From: Octopus vulgaris | Lineage: Eukaryota | NCBI GenBank assembly: GCA_951406725.2 | Contig: OX597831.1 | Coordinates: 43,338,001 to 43,402,000 of the forward strand | DNA length: 64,000 bases | Reading direction: 5' to 3' | In this document: piece after piece, positions 1 to 13,126 of the stretch | Position numbering within the stretch: the stretch's first letter is position 1 | Layout: every line of letters starts with the position of its first letter | Made by a program: the position numbers and the translations under genes | The notes under the pieces: model-generated | What the model was told of the DNA's origin: nothing | Databases searched by the model: none | Seen by the model: only the letters and a program-made list of their open reading frames with translations

Positions 1-1
1 G

Positions 2-427
2 GATGCCAACGGAATACTCAACGTTTCTGCTGTCGACAAAAGCACCGGCAAAAGCAACAAAATTACCATCACCAACGACAAAGGTCGTTTGAGCAAAGAG
101 GAAATCGAAAGAATGCTCAACGAAGCTAAACAATACGAGGCAGAAGACGAAAAGCAACGCCAACGTGTTGCAGCTAGGAACCAGTTGGAGCATTACATAT
201 TCAGTGTGAAACATGCACTCAATGAAGATAACGGCAAACTGTCCGAGCAAGATAAGAAGCAAGCAGTGGAAATGTGTGACCAAACATTACAGTGGATAGA
301 CAACAACAGTCTAGCAGACACAGACGAATTTACCTACAGACTTCAGGAAGCACAGAAAATTTGCTCTCCTATCATGTCCAAACTACACACATCGTCGTCT
401 TCTAACAATAATCATTGCTCATCATAG
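2..427 (+). CDS. HSP70: HSP70 copy 1, 3' part only (5' end outside window), with premature stop removing the C-terminal GPTIEEMD
   Basis: Frame from nt 2 reads [38 protein letters not shown]..., nearly identical to copies 2 and 3. TAG at 425-427 replaces the CAA (Gln) of the paralogues; the relic downstream reads ANSGATIKEMD followed by TCA instead of TAA. Confidence 0.9.
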   Translation, partial: DANGILNVSAVDKSTGKSNKITITNDKGRLSKEEIERMLNEAKQYEAEDEKQRQRVAARNQLEHYIFSVKHALNEDNGKLSEQDKKQAVEMCDQTLQWIDNNSLADTDEFTYRLQEAQKICSPIMSKLHTSSSSNNNHCSS

Positions 428-1858
428 GCGAACAGTGGTGCAACGATTAAAGAAATGGACTCATATCTTATTCATTCATACAAAAATTTGATGACATACT
501 GTGATATATCTATTACTCAGTACTCTTTTCATACTACATCACTTTATGTGATTTTAAAAATTAGTCTCATTCGTATCAGCTCAATGACATTGTGAACTTT
601 CATTACTTATTCATCCATCCTATTGACATTTTGTAAAACAAGCTTTAAAATCTTTTGTATATTTTTGTAGATGAATATAATTGATATTTTCTTTCACAAG
701 AGTGTCGTTGTTATTTTATATTCGTTTATTGTTTGTTTCCTATGAAATATTACTCGTATGTTTATGCATGCTATTCCTTGTTGTTTTGTTGCAAGTTTCC
801 TATTAACAATCATCAGGTAATTTCTACAGTAAACATGTAGAAATGTTTATCGGAGAGGAAGCATAAAAGCGAAAGGTGAAGTAGCTAATGGCGCTTTAGT
901 GAACGATACCATGGAAGCCTCTAATTTTCATAGATTCTTGACAAATGCCATTCGATAACCGTCTCTTAACAATTAATTTATTCAACCGAGGAGTTCCGTT
1001 AAAGAAACTAAATTTCATATCAATAGCCTAATAACATTATACGTGATTAGAATAAGCGGCTTTCACTGTATTTCTTTCACTCAGTTACAAGAATATGTAG
1101 TGGATTCGATGCACCATAGCCAAATTCAGATTAACACTGCAACAGAACTTTTTCCATGGTGGAACAATGGTTTTTCTCTGACAGCAGTTTTACATTTTCC
1201 AGATGCCATTAGCTAGGCCGAAAAAATGACTTCATCACCTTTCTAACCTCTTCTACTTCACCAAAAGCTAGAATAGAGACTACCAACTAAATTTATTGTT
1301 CTCAATGATATATCTATCCTTCTGGATAGTTATAAAAGCAAGCACACCCCGAGCAAAAATCAGTTGGTGACAACGAAGTCTGACTGACCATCTAGAACCT
1401 TTGTCAGAGGGAGAAATGAAGTTTACGGTCAGCAACGTCACACACTCTACAATACTCACTAGTTGTAATTCTGTTCCCTTACAATCATTCTATCTCTCTC
1501 TGTAATTACTACTAAACAATGAAGAGGACACAAACACAAACTTTACTTCGCATGCTATTAGATTTATCATAAACTTCCCGTCGAGGCAATGTATTGTAAC
1601 GTAATGGTAAATAAATATTTCCTTAAAACTTCATGCATTGTCCATCTTTCACATCTTACAACTAGCCGTTATTAAAACGAATTTTTATCGTTACAAATAT
1701 AAGTGAGAAATATACCAACACGATGCAGATATCTTTCACACTTGGAAATAACTGCTTCAAATTCACGATTTGCATCGTAGAAAACTATTGATTTTGTAAA
1801 CAGTAATGTCTTACAATTAGTTTGAGCTTCAGCATTGTCAACAAAAATATTCTTGAAA

Positions 1859-2220
1859 TGAGGGTTTATGCCAACTTAATGTGGCAGTCCCAGGAAAAGG
1901 AACAATGCTACTGCTATTAATCCCCAGGAACACCGTTTCCAGATCGCTATGTTACACAAGTGTTCTGTTTTCAAAGGCGATTAAGCATCAACGGCTAGCA
2001 AGCCAAGCTAATCCAGACTGATGACGAGCAATGACTCTGAAACTAGTCTCTGGTTGCTGGCTTTACTGGGGGGACGAGCTTATCTCCCTTGTTTGAAAAC
2101 TTAAAGACACAGAACGCTTATGTCACATAGGCAATTGGAAACAGTGTTTCCTGGGGCTAAATAGCAGTAGCATTCTTTCCTTTCCTGGCACTGCTACATT
2201 AAGTTAGCAACAAACCATCA
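1859..2220 (+). mobile_element. Small fold-back element with central hammerhead ribozyme (Penelope-like derivative)
   Basis: Imperfect inverted arms ~1859-1975 and ~2091-2220. Absent from the paralogous flank of HSP70 copy 3 (~26765-26780). Confidence 0.7.
2013..2053 (+). ncRNA. Minimal type I hammerhead ribozyme
   Basis: CCAGA-CTGATGA-C-GAG caatga CTC-T-GAAA-CTAG-TC-TCTGG: stem I CCAGA/TCTGG, intact core, palindromic ACTAGT stem III, GUC cleavage triplet at 2046-2048. Confidence 0.75.
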
Positions 2221-2879
2221 CTTTATCTCCGAGAGATTTTGAAATGCACTATTTCTATCTTTGAAGTGAAATATAGCTAATCATATCTTTGTACATGAAG
2301 ATTCTCGGTCATCATTTCACTATGGACATATCTTACTCTTAATAAATACGGTGAAATGTTTTACGACTACGTAAGGTCTCTGGCTATGCTTACTATATTG
2401 ATCAACAGGTGAGGGACAGTACATGTTACGACACCTATTCACGAAGTGGTTTAGTGAAGCTGCGGACGGCCCTTGATATATCGGAATCGTTGAAAGACAT
2501 CGAACCATTTACCGCTCTAAACTCAACGCATTTCCACACCTAACACATCGACTCTAACCACATAAACTCTACCATCAATAAACTGTGTTCCGTAATATAT
2601 GCAAACACACCACCACAGTCATCATCCTACTACAGCAATCAACGTTATCATTTTGACCCACGAACGTCTAGCACTTGTTTTCCCTTAACCACGCCTATAT
2701 ATCTAACACAAAAGCTTTTCCCACTGTCTCCGTATACATCTCTTTCAGCGAAATCGTTTCCGAATGCATCTAATGGATTTCCATGCTCTAGTTACCGGTC
2801 GTATCGCATCAGATATACATGACACCAGAAAAAAACCTTTTATCTAATTCAAGCGTAGACCATGCAAAATTCTGGCTCA

Positions 2880-3665
2880 ATAAATTCCAAGTCTGTTCAT
2901 ATTTTCAACTTTGGTCCCGTGAGGTTGTGTGCCCTCAAATTCTTTCTGGATTTTTTTCACTACATCGCATTTCAACCACCATATCCTCCGTCAACACTTT
3001 GAAGTTTCCCTGAACCTTCTCGCCACCAGAGAAACATTCTAGGCTTTCTTTTGATTTCGCGGCTCACAATAGGGCTATTTTACTGTACAAACACTTCCCC
3101 ATCGAAAAGAAAACCACTTTGCTATACAAATATTTTCCTTTCAAATTGCAATTCAACCACCATATCCTCCTTCACATCGCTGAAGTTTCCCTGAACCTTC
3201 CCGCCACCGATAAGATTTTCTAGTCTTGCTTTTGAGTTCGTGGCTCGCTATAGGGTTAACTAACTGTACAAATACTTCCCCGTGAAAAAGAGAACCACTT
3301 TGTTATACAAATATTTTCCTTTGAAATTCCATAGAATTTTCAGAATTTAGATCTTGTGTACAATTTCTGGAATATCTCTCATCAAGCTCGATCGGTAATC
3401 TGCCATCATGTTTGAGTCCGATTGGCCTTGGTAGCTTTCTTCCATTACTTTTACATCTTGATGAAAGTGTTCACCTTGTTCTTTGCTAACACCACCCAGG
3501 TTGTCTGGAAACTCACTCGAGCGATTGTCTAAGTAGGGCAGTTTATGCGCATTCTACATCCAAGTGCTTGCAAACTCAGGAGCAGCTCCTCCACAATCTC
3601 TTGATAGTTGCCAGCTTTCCTGTTTCTATGGACGTTCCGCACCAAATGAGAGACAGCATTCCAAG
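2880..3665 (-). mobile_element. Chapaev3-like (CMC) transposase remnant, duplicated copy
   Basis: Near copy of 11703-12285 with an internal ~190-bp tandem duplication; minus strand encodes the degenerate ...DNLGGVSKEQGEHFHQDVKVMEE... motif. Confidence 0.6.
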
Positions 3666-3769
3666 ACATCGTAGAACTTTAGATGGGCTAAAATGACACA
3701 TTCGATCACAGCACCGATAACAGTTAAACCTCGTGCAATGTCCATACTAGATAACGAGGGGGCAGCCAT

Positions 3770-3785
3770 CATGTATGTATGATTG

Positions 3786-3816
<31 letters not shown>

Positions 3817-3919
3817 GTATGTATGTATGTATGTATGTATATATGTATATATGTATGTATGTATGTGTGTGTAGGCATGTATGTATGTATGTATGTATGT
3901 ATGTGTGTAGGCATGTATG

Positions 3920-3953
<34 letters not shown>

Positions 3954-4045
3954 TGTATGTATGTATGTATGTATGCATGTATGTATGTATGTATGTATGT
4001 ATGTATGTATGTATGTATGCAAGCATGTAGGTAGGCATGTATGTA
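3770..4045. repeat. (TATG)n microsatellite
   Basis: Directly visible; source of the spurious MYVC/HTYI ORFs. Confidence 0.97.
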
Positions 4046-5060
4046 TATAATTATAAATGGGCATTCCTACATATATGTGCAAACATCGAAACTGTTTCTA
4101 TATAACTTCCAGAAAAAGTGATGTTTCTTGACGAAATGTTCTACAAATACGCTCCAGATGATGTACATTCCCATTATGGAAAAATTTCTTTTCAAACCAT
4201 TCTCAGTTGCTGGGAAGAAGTGTTTCGGAAAATTCACTCCGGTTGGCTTTGTTGTCTTTTGACTGTCAGAAAATTTGGAATAATCTAATGAAATTTTCTG
4301 TAAACAGTTTTAAGAATGAGTAACTTACGATTATTTTAGAATTTGATGTGAAAGAAAAGAAAAAAATTTTAGTTCACACGTATACTGGCATTTCTTTTTT
4401 TCGAAATTTTATGTTTCATTATGTAGATACATGTGACGTGTGTTAGTACGTGTGTTTATGAGCCTGCAAAATATATTTTTTCATGTAGAATCCGGTAGAA
4501 CCTACTAATTTCCCTGACAGGTCTTTTTCCGAAACTCTTCCCCCAACACACGCCAAAAAAAAGAAGAAGAACTCCCTATACAATATTTCGATATGATCAG
4601 AATGTACAACTATCCGAAGCATATTTGAAGAAAATTTCATTTAAAAATATCCATTTTCTGGAAGTTATGAAGCAACGAAGTTGGTTGCGGTTGCATGTGC
4701 AGTAATACTGTACGTATGTATGTGTGTATGTATGTATGTATGTATGTATGTATGTATGTATGTATGTATGTATGTATGTATGTATGCATGCATGCATGCA
4801 TGCATGTATGTATGTTTGTATGTATGTATGTATGTATGTATGTATGTATGTATGTATGCATGCATGTATGTATGTATGTATGTATGCCTATCTGTATGTT
4901 TGTGTATGTATGTATGTATGTATGTATGCATGTATGTATGTATGTATGTATGTATGCCTATCTGTATGTATGTTTGTGTATGTATGTATGTATGTATGTA
5001 TGTATGTACATATGTATTCGTGTGGGTTCGTATGTATATATGCAAATATGTTTATATGTG

Positions 5061-5092
<32 letters not shown>

Positions 5093-5108
5093 TGTATGTA
5101 TGTATGTA

Positions 5109-5153
<45 letters not shown>

Positions 5154-5905
5154 GCATGTATGTATGTATGTATGTATGTATGTATGTATGTATGTATGTA
5201 TGTATGTATGTATGTATGTATGCATGGAAGCATGTAGGTATGCATGTATGTATATAATTATAAATGGGCATTCCTACATATATGTGCAAACATCGAAACT
5301 GTTTCCATATAACTTCCAGAAAAAGTGATGTTTCTTGATGAAATGTTCTACAAATACGATCCAGATGATGTACATTCCAATTATGAAAGAATTTCTTTTC
5401 AAAACATTCTCAGTTGCTGGGAAGAAGTGCTTCGGAAAATTCACTCCGGTTGGCTTTGTTGTCTTACGACTGTCAGAAAATTTGGAATAATCTAATGAAA
5501 TTTTCTGTAAACAGTTTTAAGAATGAGTAAATTACGATTATTTTAGAATTTGATGTGAAAGAAAGAAAAAAATTTTAGTTCACACGTATACTGGCATTTT
5601 CCCCCCGAAATTTCACGTTTCATTATGTAGATACATGTGATGTGTGTTAGTACGTGTGTTCATGAGTCTGCCAAATTTATTTTTTCATGTAGAATCCGGT
5701 AGAAACTACTTATTTCCATGACAGGACTTTTTCCGAACCTCTTCACCCAAAACACGCAAAAAAAAAATCCCTATACAATATTTCGTTATGATCAGAGTGT
5801 ACAACTATCCGAAGCATGTTTGAAGAAAATTTCATTTAAAAATATCAATTTTCTGGAAGTTATGTTGCAACGACGTTGGTGGCGGTTGAATGTGCGGTAA
5901 TACTG
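4020..5905 (+). repeat. Tandemly duplicated ~0.7-kb HSP70-upstream block separated by microsatellites
   Basis: Block starting aaatgggcattcctacatatatgtgcaaac occurs at ~4056 and ~5262, with related copies at ~7215-7810 and ~22318-23040. Confidence 0.85.
4713..5255. repeat. (TATG)n/(TG)n compound microsatellite
   Basis: Directly visible. Confidence 0.97.
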
Positions 5906-5960
5906 TACGTACGGTAATACATACGTATGTATGTATGTATGTATGTATGCATGCATGCAA

Positions 5961-5991
<31 letters not shown>

Positions 5992-6247
5992 TGTATGTAT
6001 GTATGTATGTATGTATGTATGTATGTATGCATGCATGCATGCATGCATGTATGTATGTATGTATGTATGTATGTATGTATGTATGTATGTATGTATGTAT
6101 GTATGTATGTATGTATGTATGTATGCATGTATGTATTTGTATGGGCTCGTATGTATGTATATATGTTTATATGTGTATATGTATGTATGTATGTACGTAC
6201 GTATGTATTTGTATGGGTTCGTATGTATGTATATATGTTTATATGTG

Positions 6248-6278
<31 letters not shown>

Positions 6279-6346
6279 TTGTATATGTATGTACATACCC
6301 ATGTATGTATACATGCAATCATGTAGGTAGTCAGGTATTTACGCAA

Positions 6347-6402
<56 letters not shown>
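5905..6402. repeat. (TATG)n plus (TA)n microsatellite
   Basis: Directly visible. Confidence 0.97.
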
Positions 6403-6405
<3 letters not shown>

Positions 6406-6469
6406 CTTTGCCACATACGTGTGCAACCATTGAATCTGAAGTGAACCTTGCATGCATGAAGTGGATTCG

Positions 6470-7060
6470 ATCCACCACAGCCAAATTTAAAATAACACTG
6501 CAACAGAACTTTTTCCAGGATGGAACAATGGTTTTCCTCTGACAGCAGTTTTACATTTCCAGATGCCTTTAGCTAGACCGAAATAATGTCTTCACTACTT
6601 GTCTCTTTCTAACCTCTTCTACTTCACCAAAAGCTAGAATAAGAGATAACAAGACTACCAACTAAATCTACTGTTCTCAATGATATATCTGACCTTCTGG
6701 ATCTTTATATAAGCAAACACACCCCAAGCAATAATCAGTTAGTCACCAGTCGGTGACAAACTCAGTCAGAACGTAGTCTGGCTGACCAGCTAAAACCTTG
6801 GTCAGAGGGAGAAATGAAGTTCACTGTCAGCAACATCACACACCCTACAATTCTCACTAGCTCTAATTCTGTTTTCTTACAACATCATTCTATCTGTCTC
6901 CGCAATTACTACTAAACAATGAAGAGGACACAAACACAAACTTTACATCGCATGCTTTTGGATTTATCATAAACTGCCCTTCGCGGCAAGGTATTTGTAA
7001 CGTAACGGTAAATAAATATTTCCTTAAAATTTCATGAATTGTCTATCTTTCACATCCTAC
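6470..7060 (+). repeat. Duplicate of HSP70 copy 1 downstream flank (~1100-1670)
   Basis: Shared long strings, e.g. taacactgcaacagaactttttcca and aacaatgaagaggacacaaacacaaactttac. Confidence 0.85.
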
Positions 7061-8885
7061 AGTAAACAATTATAACAACAAAAACTTTATCGCTACAACT
7101 GCGGACTCCCACATCATCTTAATAACGTTGTTTACCAAATATATTTATCCAGTTACAATTGGTAACCACACCAAAGTAAAATTCAACCGTTACAAATCCA
7201 TTACCATTTAGTTGCCAGAAAAAGTGATATTTCTTAATGCAATTTTCTACAAATACGCCTCAGATGATGTATATTGTAATGATGATGGAATTTCTTGAGA
7301 AACCTTTTTTCTGTCGGTAGGAAGAAGTGCTTCGGAAAATACACACGTGTTGGTTTTGTTTTCTCATAACTTTCAGAAAAACTGGAATTTTTCAATGAAA
7401 TTTTCTGCAAATACTTTTAACAGTGTGTAAATTACGATTATATTAGAATTTGATGTGGAAAAAAATTGAGAGCACACCCATATACTGGCACACATCTTTT
7501 TTTTTTCTCTTGAAATTTCAGGTTTCATTATGAAGACGTAAGTGACGTGTGTCAGTACTTGTGTTTATGGACCTACCAAATTTATTTTCTCATGTTAATA
7601 TCCGGTATAATCGCAATCTACAAACTCCAAAATATATCTATAGAACCTTTCTTACAAAATTACTTATTTCCCTGACAGTTAAGAATTCAGAAATCCGCCT
7701 CGTTTGAATTTTCCGAAACACATCCACCCAACTCTGGCAAAGAAAATCTTTCACTATACAATATTTCGGTATCATCAGAACCTACATCTGAAGCATATTT
7801 GTAGAAAATTTATGCGATATATGTGTATCCGAACTCTATGTAAAACATTCTTTATCAAAGAATAAATATTCAAATGTATCATTCCTTCTTTGAAGACAAC
7901 AAATGATGGCTTCCGGCAGCTTTTGACTGCTATTTCTAGCGAGTATGGTGATGTTCACGTCGTCGATAGTTTAAAAGTCCCGAAATGAAAATGCGAATTT
8001 GTTTGTTCTAGTTGTAATTCCGGCAAAAAACATAAACAGAGTGCAACACAAAATATTTCAAACCGAGGAAACTATGAGAGCAAAAATAAAAGTTGTTAGA
8101 AGCGATATACTAAATGGTAAGAGAACGTGAAAGGTGGTGTTCATTATTTCGTATGAGAGCAATATTCATTCATCAATCACAGCTACACATGTACGTCTAA
8201 CTTATTCAATGATATTAGAAAGCAAACATAGTAAACGTGGATGTGAAAATAAATACAAATCTTTGATTATTCGTTTCATTCCGAGTTACAAGCACTACAT
8301 TCTGACTCTCATCATCAGGAACGAATTGAAAGCAGCTATACTTCCCTGGGTAACCAGCGACGCTATTCTTAACCAATTACTATAGAAATGCATTTGCTTT
8401 TTCTATGTGTATTTTGTTCGAGGACACACTTGTGCGTTATATGACAATCTGAACCCATTGTGAAAAATTTTGTATCAAGGTATAAATATTCAAATGTGAC
8501 ATTTCTTTGTTTAAAGCCAAAACAAAACTTTCGGCAAATTTTGACTGCCGTTTCTAGCAAGTGCAGTGATATTCGCGTCGTCGCCCTTTTTATGAGATCG
8601 TAAATGAATTGCGAATTTGTTATTATTGTTGCATTTCAGTCTTAAAACATAAACATTGTGCAACACAAAATATTTCAAACCAAGAAAACTATCAAAACTA
8701 CGATAACAGTTGCGAGAAGCGATATACGATGACGGGAAAAGAACGTGAACGACGGTGTTTATTATTTGGTACGACGGCAATATTCATCCATGAAACAGAG
8801 TTGTTCTACTAAAGAACACAAATTATGAGCAAATATCCTATACAAATCCACTTCCTATATGTAAAATAAGCTAATGGAATTAAAA

Positions 8886-9002
8886 GGAAACATCTGGAAC
8901 GTTCCAGAAACTTGTAGCACCTGGTAGAACAATATCGAAATGCCTCGTAAACTCTGGTAATGACGTCACAGTGGGAAGGGGCGTTACTCTCCACTATATA
9001 TA
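8886..9002 (+). promoter_or_regulatory. HSP70 copy 2 promoter: heat-shock element, CRE/ATF site, TATA box
   Basis: gGAAa-cATCt-gGAAc-gTTCc-aGAAa at 8886-8910; TGACGTCA at 8961-8968; TATATA at 8995-9000. Confidence 0.85.
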
Positions 9003-9261
9003 CAGCATTGCTCACACAGCTTGTCAATCAGATTCTACAGAAGCACGACTGTAAACAACTCGAGACGAGAGTCTCAGCTGCGAAACATTTCATTCAGTTA
9101 TACATACATTGAAGCAACACTCATTCACATATAATACATTCATATATTCTACTGACACAACTGAAATACAAAGTAAGACGAGCAAGAGATAAAGAAGAAG
9201 GAAAGAATTTCTCAAGTTTTATACTGGACATTTTGAACGAACAATAGAAAAAGAAAGAAGA

Positions 9262-11169
9262 ATGGTAAAAGCACCTGCTATCGGAATCGATCTGGGAACA
9301 ACCTATTCTTGTGTAGGTGTGTTTCAACACGGTAAAGTGGAAATTATTGCCAACGATCAGGGAAACAGGACAACACCAAGCTATGTGGCTTTCACCAATG
9401 CCGAAAGGCTGGTGGGTGATGCAGCGAAAAACCAAGCGGCCCTCAACCCTGAGAACACGGTGTTCGATGCTAAACGTTTAATTGGACGTCACTTTAACGA
9501 TACGTCCGTACAAAGCGACATGAAATATTGGCCATTCCGAGTGGTGAACACAAACGGTAATAAAGCACATGTACAAGTGGAGTACAAGGGAGAGCAAAAG
9601 CAGTTCTCAGCCGAAGAGATTAGCTCGATGGTATTGAGTAAAATGAAGGAGACAGCCGAGTCGTACCTGGGCTGTAAAGTGAAAGACGCAGTAGTAACGG
9701 TGCCAGCTTACTTTAACGACTCTCAGAGACAGGCGACGAAAGATGCAGCTAGTATAGCTGGTTTGAATGTGTTGAGAATTGTCAACGAACCAACGGCCGC
9801 CGCACTCGCCTACGGTCTCGAGAAAAACTTATCTGGTGAGAAGAACGTTCTGATCTTCGACTTGGGCGGTGGTACATTCGATGTTTCCATCCTCACAATC
9901 GACCAAGGATCTCTTTTCGAGGTGAAAGCTACAGCTGGCGACACACATCTCGGAGGAGAAGACTTCGACAACCGGCTCGTTGACTACTTTGTCGAAGAAT
10001 TCAAGCGTAAACACAAGAAAAATCTGAAACAAAGCCCACGCCCTATCAGACGTCTGCGTACTGCATGTGAACGGGCAAAACGAACCCTATCGAGCAGTTC
10101 AGAAGCTTCAGTAGAGCTGGATTCTCTGTATGAAGGCATTGATTTTCTCTCGAAGATTACCAGAGCACGCTTCGAGGATCTTTGCAGTGACCTCTTCCGA
10201 TCGACTCTAGAACCAGTTGAGAAAGCTCTGCGAGACGCCAAACTCGATAAATCCCGCATCGACGACATCGTGTTGGTCGGTGGATCGACACGCATTCCCA
10301 AGATCCAGAAATTACTTGCCGACTTCATGCAAGGAAAGACCATCAACAAATCCATCAACCCAGACGAAGCTGTCGCCTACGGAGCTGCCGTACAAGCTGC
10401 TGTTCTGTCTGGAGACGCGAGCGATTGCATCAAAGACGTACTACTTGTAGATGTAGCACCGTTATCTCTTGGAATCGAAACGGCTGGTGGTGTGATGACC
10501 AAACTTATCGAGCGTAACAGCAGAATACCGTGTAAGGCATCCAATGTATTCACTACGTATTCAGATAACCAGCCGGCTGTTTCTATTCAGGTATTCGAAG
10601 GAGAAAGAGCAATGACAAAAGACAACAACTGCCTCGGACGTTTCGACTTGACTGGCATTCCACCAGCTCCCAGAGGCGTACCTCAAATAGAAGTCTCCTT
10701 CGATATGGATGCCAATGGAATACTCAACGTTTCTGCTGTCGACAAAAGCACCGGCAAAAGCAACAAAATTACCATCACCAACGACAAAGGTCGTTTGAGC
10801 AAAGAGGAAATCGAAAGAATGCTCAACGAAGCTAAACAATACGAGGCAGAAGACGAAAAGCAACGCCAACGTGTTGCAGCTAGAAACCAGTTGGAGCATT
10901 ACATATTCAGTGTGAAACAAGCAGTCAATGAAGATAACGGCAAACTGTCCGAGCAAGATAAGAAGCAAGCAGTGGAAATGTGTGACCAAACATTGCAGTG
11001 GATAGACAACAACAGTCTAGCAGACACAGACGAATTTACCTACAGACTTCAGGAAGCACAGAAAATTTGCTCTCCTATCATGTCCAAACTACACACATCG
11101 TCGTCTTCTAACAATAATCCTTGCACATCGCAAACGTCCAGTGGTCCAACGATTGAAGAAATGGACTAA
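9262..11169 (+). CDS. HSP70: Heat shock protein 70, cytosolic inducible type, intronless (copy 2)
   Basis: 635 aa; signatures [37 protein letters not shown]; C-terminus GPTIEEMD. Confidence 0.98.
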   Translation: MVKAPAIGIDLGTTYSCVGVFQHGKVEIIANDQGNRTTPSYVAFTNAERLVGDAAKNQAALNPENTVFDAKRLIGRHFNDTSVQSDMKYWPFRVVNTNGNKAHVQVEYKGEQKQFSAEEISSMVLSKMKETAESYLGCKVKDAVVTVPAYFNDSQRQATKDAASIAGLNVLRIVNEPTAAALAYGLEKNLSGEKNVLIFDLGGGTFDVSILTIDQGSLFEVKATAGDTHLGGEDFDNRLVDYFVEEFKRKHKKNLKQSPRPIRRLRTACERAKRTLSSSSEASVELDSLYEGIDFLSKITRARFEDLCSDLFRSTLEPVEKALRDAKLDKSRIDDIVLVGGSTRIPKIQKLLADFMQGKTINKSINPDEAVAYGAAVQAAVLSGDASDCIKDVLLVDVAPLSLGIETAGGVMTKLIERNSRIPCKASNVFTTYSDNQPAVSIQVFEGERAMTKDNNCLGRFDLTGIPPAPRGVPQIEVSFDMDANGILNVSAVDKSTGKSNKITITNDKGRLSKEEIERMLNEAKQYEAEDEKQRQRVAARNQLEHYIFSVKQAVNEDNGKLSEQDKKQAVEMCDQTLQWIDNNSLADTDEFTYRLQEAQKICSPIMSKLHTSSSSNNNPCTSQTSSGPTIEEMD

Positions 11170-11702
11170 TTTATTATCTATTCATACAACATTTGATAAA
11201 TACTGTGATATATCTATTACTCAGTACTCTTTTCATACTATTATTCTCATTCGTATCAGCTCAATGACATTGTGAACTTTCATTATTTATTCATCCATCC
11301 CATTGACATTTTGTAAAACAATCTCCAAAATCTTTGTATATTTTTTTAGAAGAATATAATTGATATTTTCTTTCACAAGAGTGTAGTTGTTATTTTATAT
11401 TCGTTTATTGTTTGTTTCCTATGAATTATTACTCGTATGTTTATGCATGCTATTCCTTGTTGCTATATTACAAGTTTCCTTTTAAACATCATAAGGTAAT
11501 TTCTACAGTAAACAGGTAGAAATTTTTATCGGAGAGGAAGCATAAGAGCGAAAGGTGAAACAGCTAATGTTGCTTTGGTGAAACTTACAGTGGAAGACGC
11601 TAATTTTGATTGCTTATTGACAAATGTCATTCGATAACAATAACCATCTCTTAACAATTAACTTAATCAACATAGGATTTCCGTAAGAAAAATGCAGGCT
11701 TA

Positions 11703-12831
11703 TTAAATTCCAAGTCTGTTTATATTTTCAACTTCGCCCCGTGCGGGTCTGTGCCCTCAAATCCTTTCTTGACTTTTTGACTACATTGCAATTCAACCTC
11801 CATATCCTCCTTCACATCGTTGAAGTTTCCCAGAACCTTCTCGTCACCGATGAGACATTCTAGGCTTGCGTTTGAGTGTGAGGCCCGCTATAGGGTTAAC
11901 TAATTGTACAAATACTTCCCCATCGAAAAGTGAACCACTTTGTTATACAAATATTTTCCTTTCAAATTCCATAGAAGTTTCAGAATTCAGGTCTAGTGTA
12001 CAATTTCTGGAAAATCTCTCATCAAGCTCGATCGGTAATCTGCCATCATGTTTGAGTCCGATTGACCTTGGTAGCGTTCTTCCATTACTTTTACATCTTG
12101 ATGAAAGTGTTCACCTTGTTCTTTGCTAACACCACCCAGGTTGTCTGGAAACTCACTCGAGTGATTGTCTAAGTAGTGCAGTTTATGCGCATTCTACATC
12201 CAAGTGCTTGCAAACTCAGGAGCAGCTCCTCCACAATCTCTTGATGGTTGCCAGCTTTCCTGTTTCCAAGAAAATTCAGCACCATTCTAGCCTCCGCCGC
12301 ATTCATCGTTGAAACGAAATGTAGATCCCTGAAGAGTGTTCTTATTTGAGTTCCATCAAATATTCCTGCCTTCTTTTTCTCGTCACTGAAACTTGAAAAC
12401 GTTGTAGATGTATATCTAGAGCAATCTCCGCGGCGATCAAGAGCTTTGATGAATTGCTTCCTTACACCAACTTTCAACACAGATTTAGTCCACATATTTT
12501 ACTTTAAAGTAAGCAAGATGCACATTCTTGACAAATTTATTAATGTTGTGCCCTTGAGCCTGTGGAGTGACATTTCCACAGACGTAACAGAAGAGATGGG
12601 GCTCATTACAGCACGTCCTTCTTTCTGATGTTTCATCCATAACTAGATCACAGTGGTATAAAGTTAACTTTCGGTGTGTTCTAGATAAATATAGGTATAT
12701 ACCGATGGCATGAAAATGTGATGTGACTGAGAAAAACTGAAGTTGGTTTTGGAATGAGTACCCAAATATTAGTCTAAAACAACTCTAAGATTTCATGCCA
12801 GAAAATAAAAATTATATTTTGTTGACCAGTG
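11703..12831 (-). mobile_element. Chapaev3-like DNA transposon remnant
   Basis: Minus-strand translation KKKAGIFDGTQIR...FLGNRKAGN...LGCRM /frameshift/ LHYLDNHSSEFPDNLGGVSKEQGEHFHQDVKVMEERYQG...MMADY; terminus ...TTTTGTTGACCAGTG at 12831. Family assigned from remembered motifs. Confidence 0.65.
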
Positions 12832-13126
12832 TAATACAACTTTATATCTTTGCTAGCTTTGTTTGAATAACAAAAAAAAAAACTTGGTGTTTGGATTTAG
12901 AAACTTACATGTTGCCAAATTCAGAAATGAGCTTATAAATTTCTGAAATTATACATTTTCTATTTATAAATAAAATATTAATAATGAAATTATTGTATAC
13001 AGTGCTCAGGTGCACCACAACTTGTCAAAAAGTGCGTATAAAGTATATGCAGTAATGTACAAATGTCTGGAAAGCGAACAGTGTATGAGTCAGATACATG
13101 CTTGCGTGTGTATGGAGGGGAGAAAA

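Noticed and set aside
3000-3380. GAA/TTC clusters as distal heat-shock elements (also ~11820-12020)
   Set aside because: Pentamers are mostly out of phase, with no three contiguous nGAAn units.
3747-6484. Many overlapping MYVC/HTYI-repeat ORFs
   Set aside because: Translations of stop-free (TATG)n microsatellites in all frames; not genes.
9121-10989. Antisense and alternative-frame ORFs over HSP70 (also 23981-25849)
   Set aside because: Known shadow of HSP70 codon structure; shared only because the copies are nearly identical.
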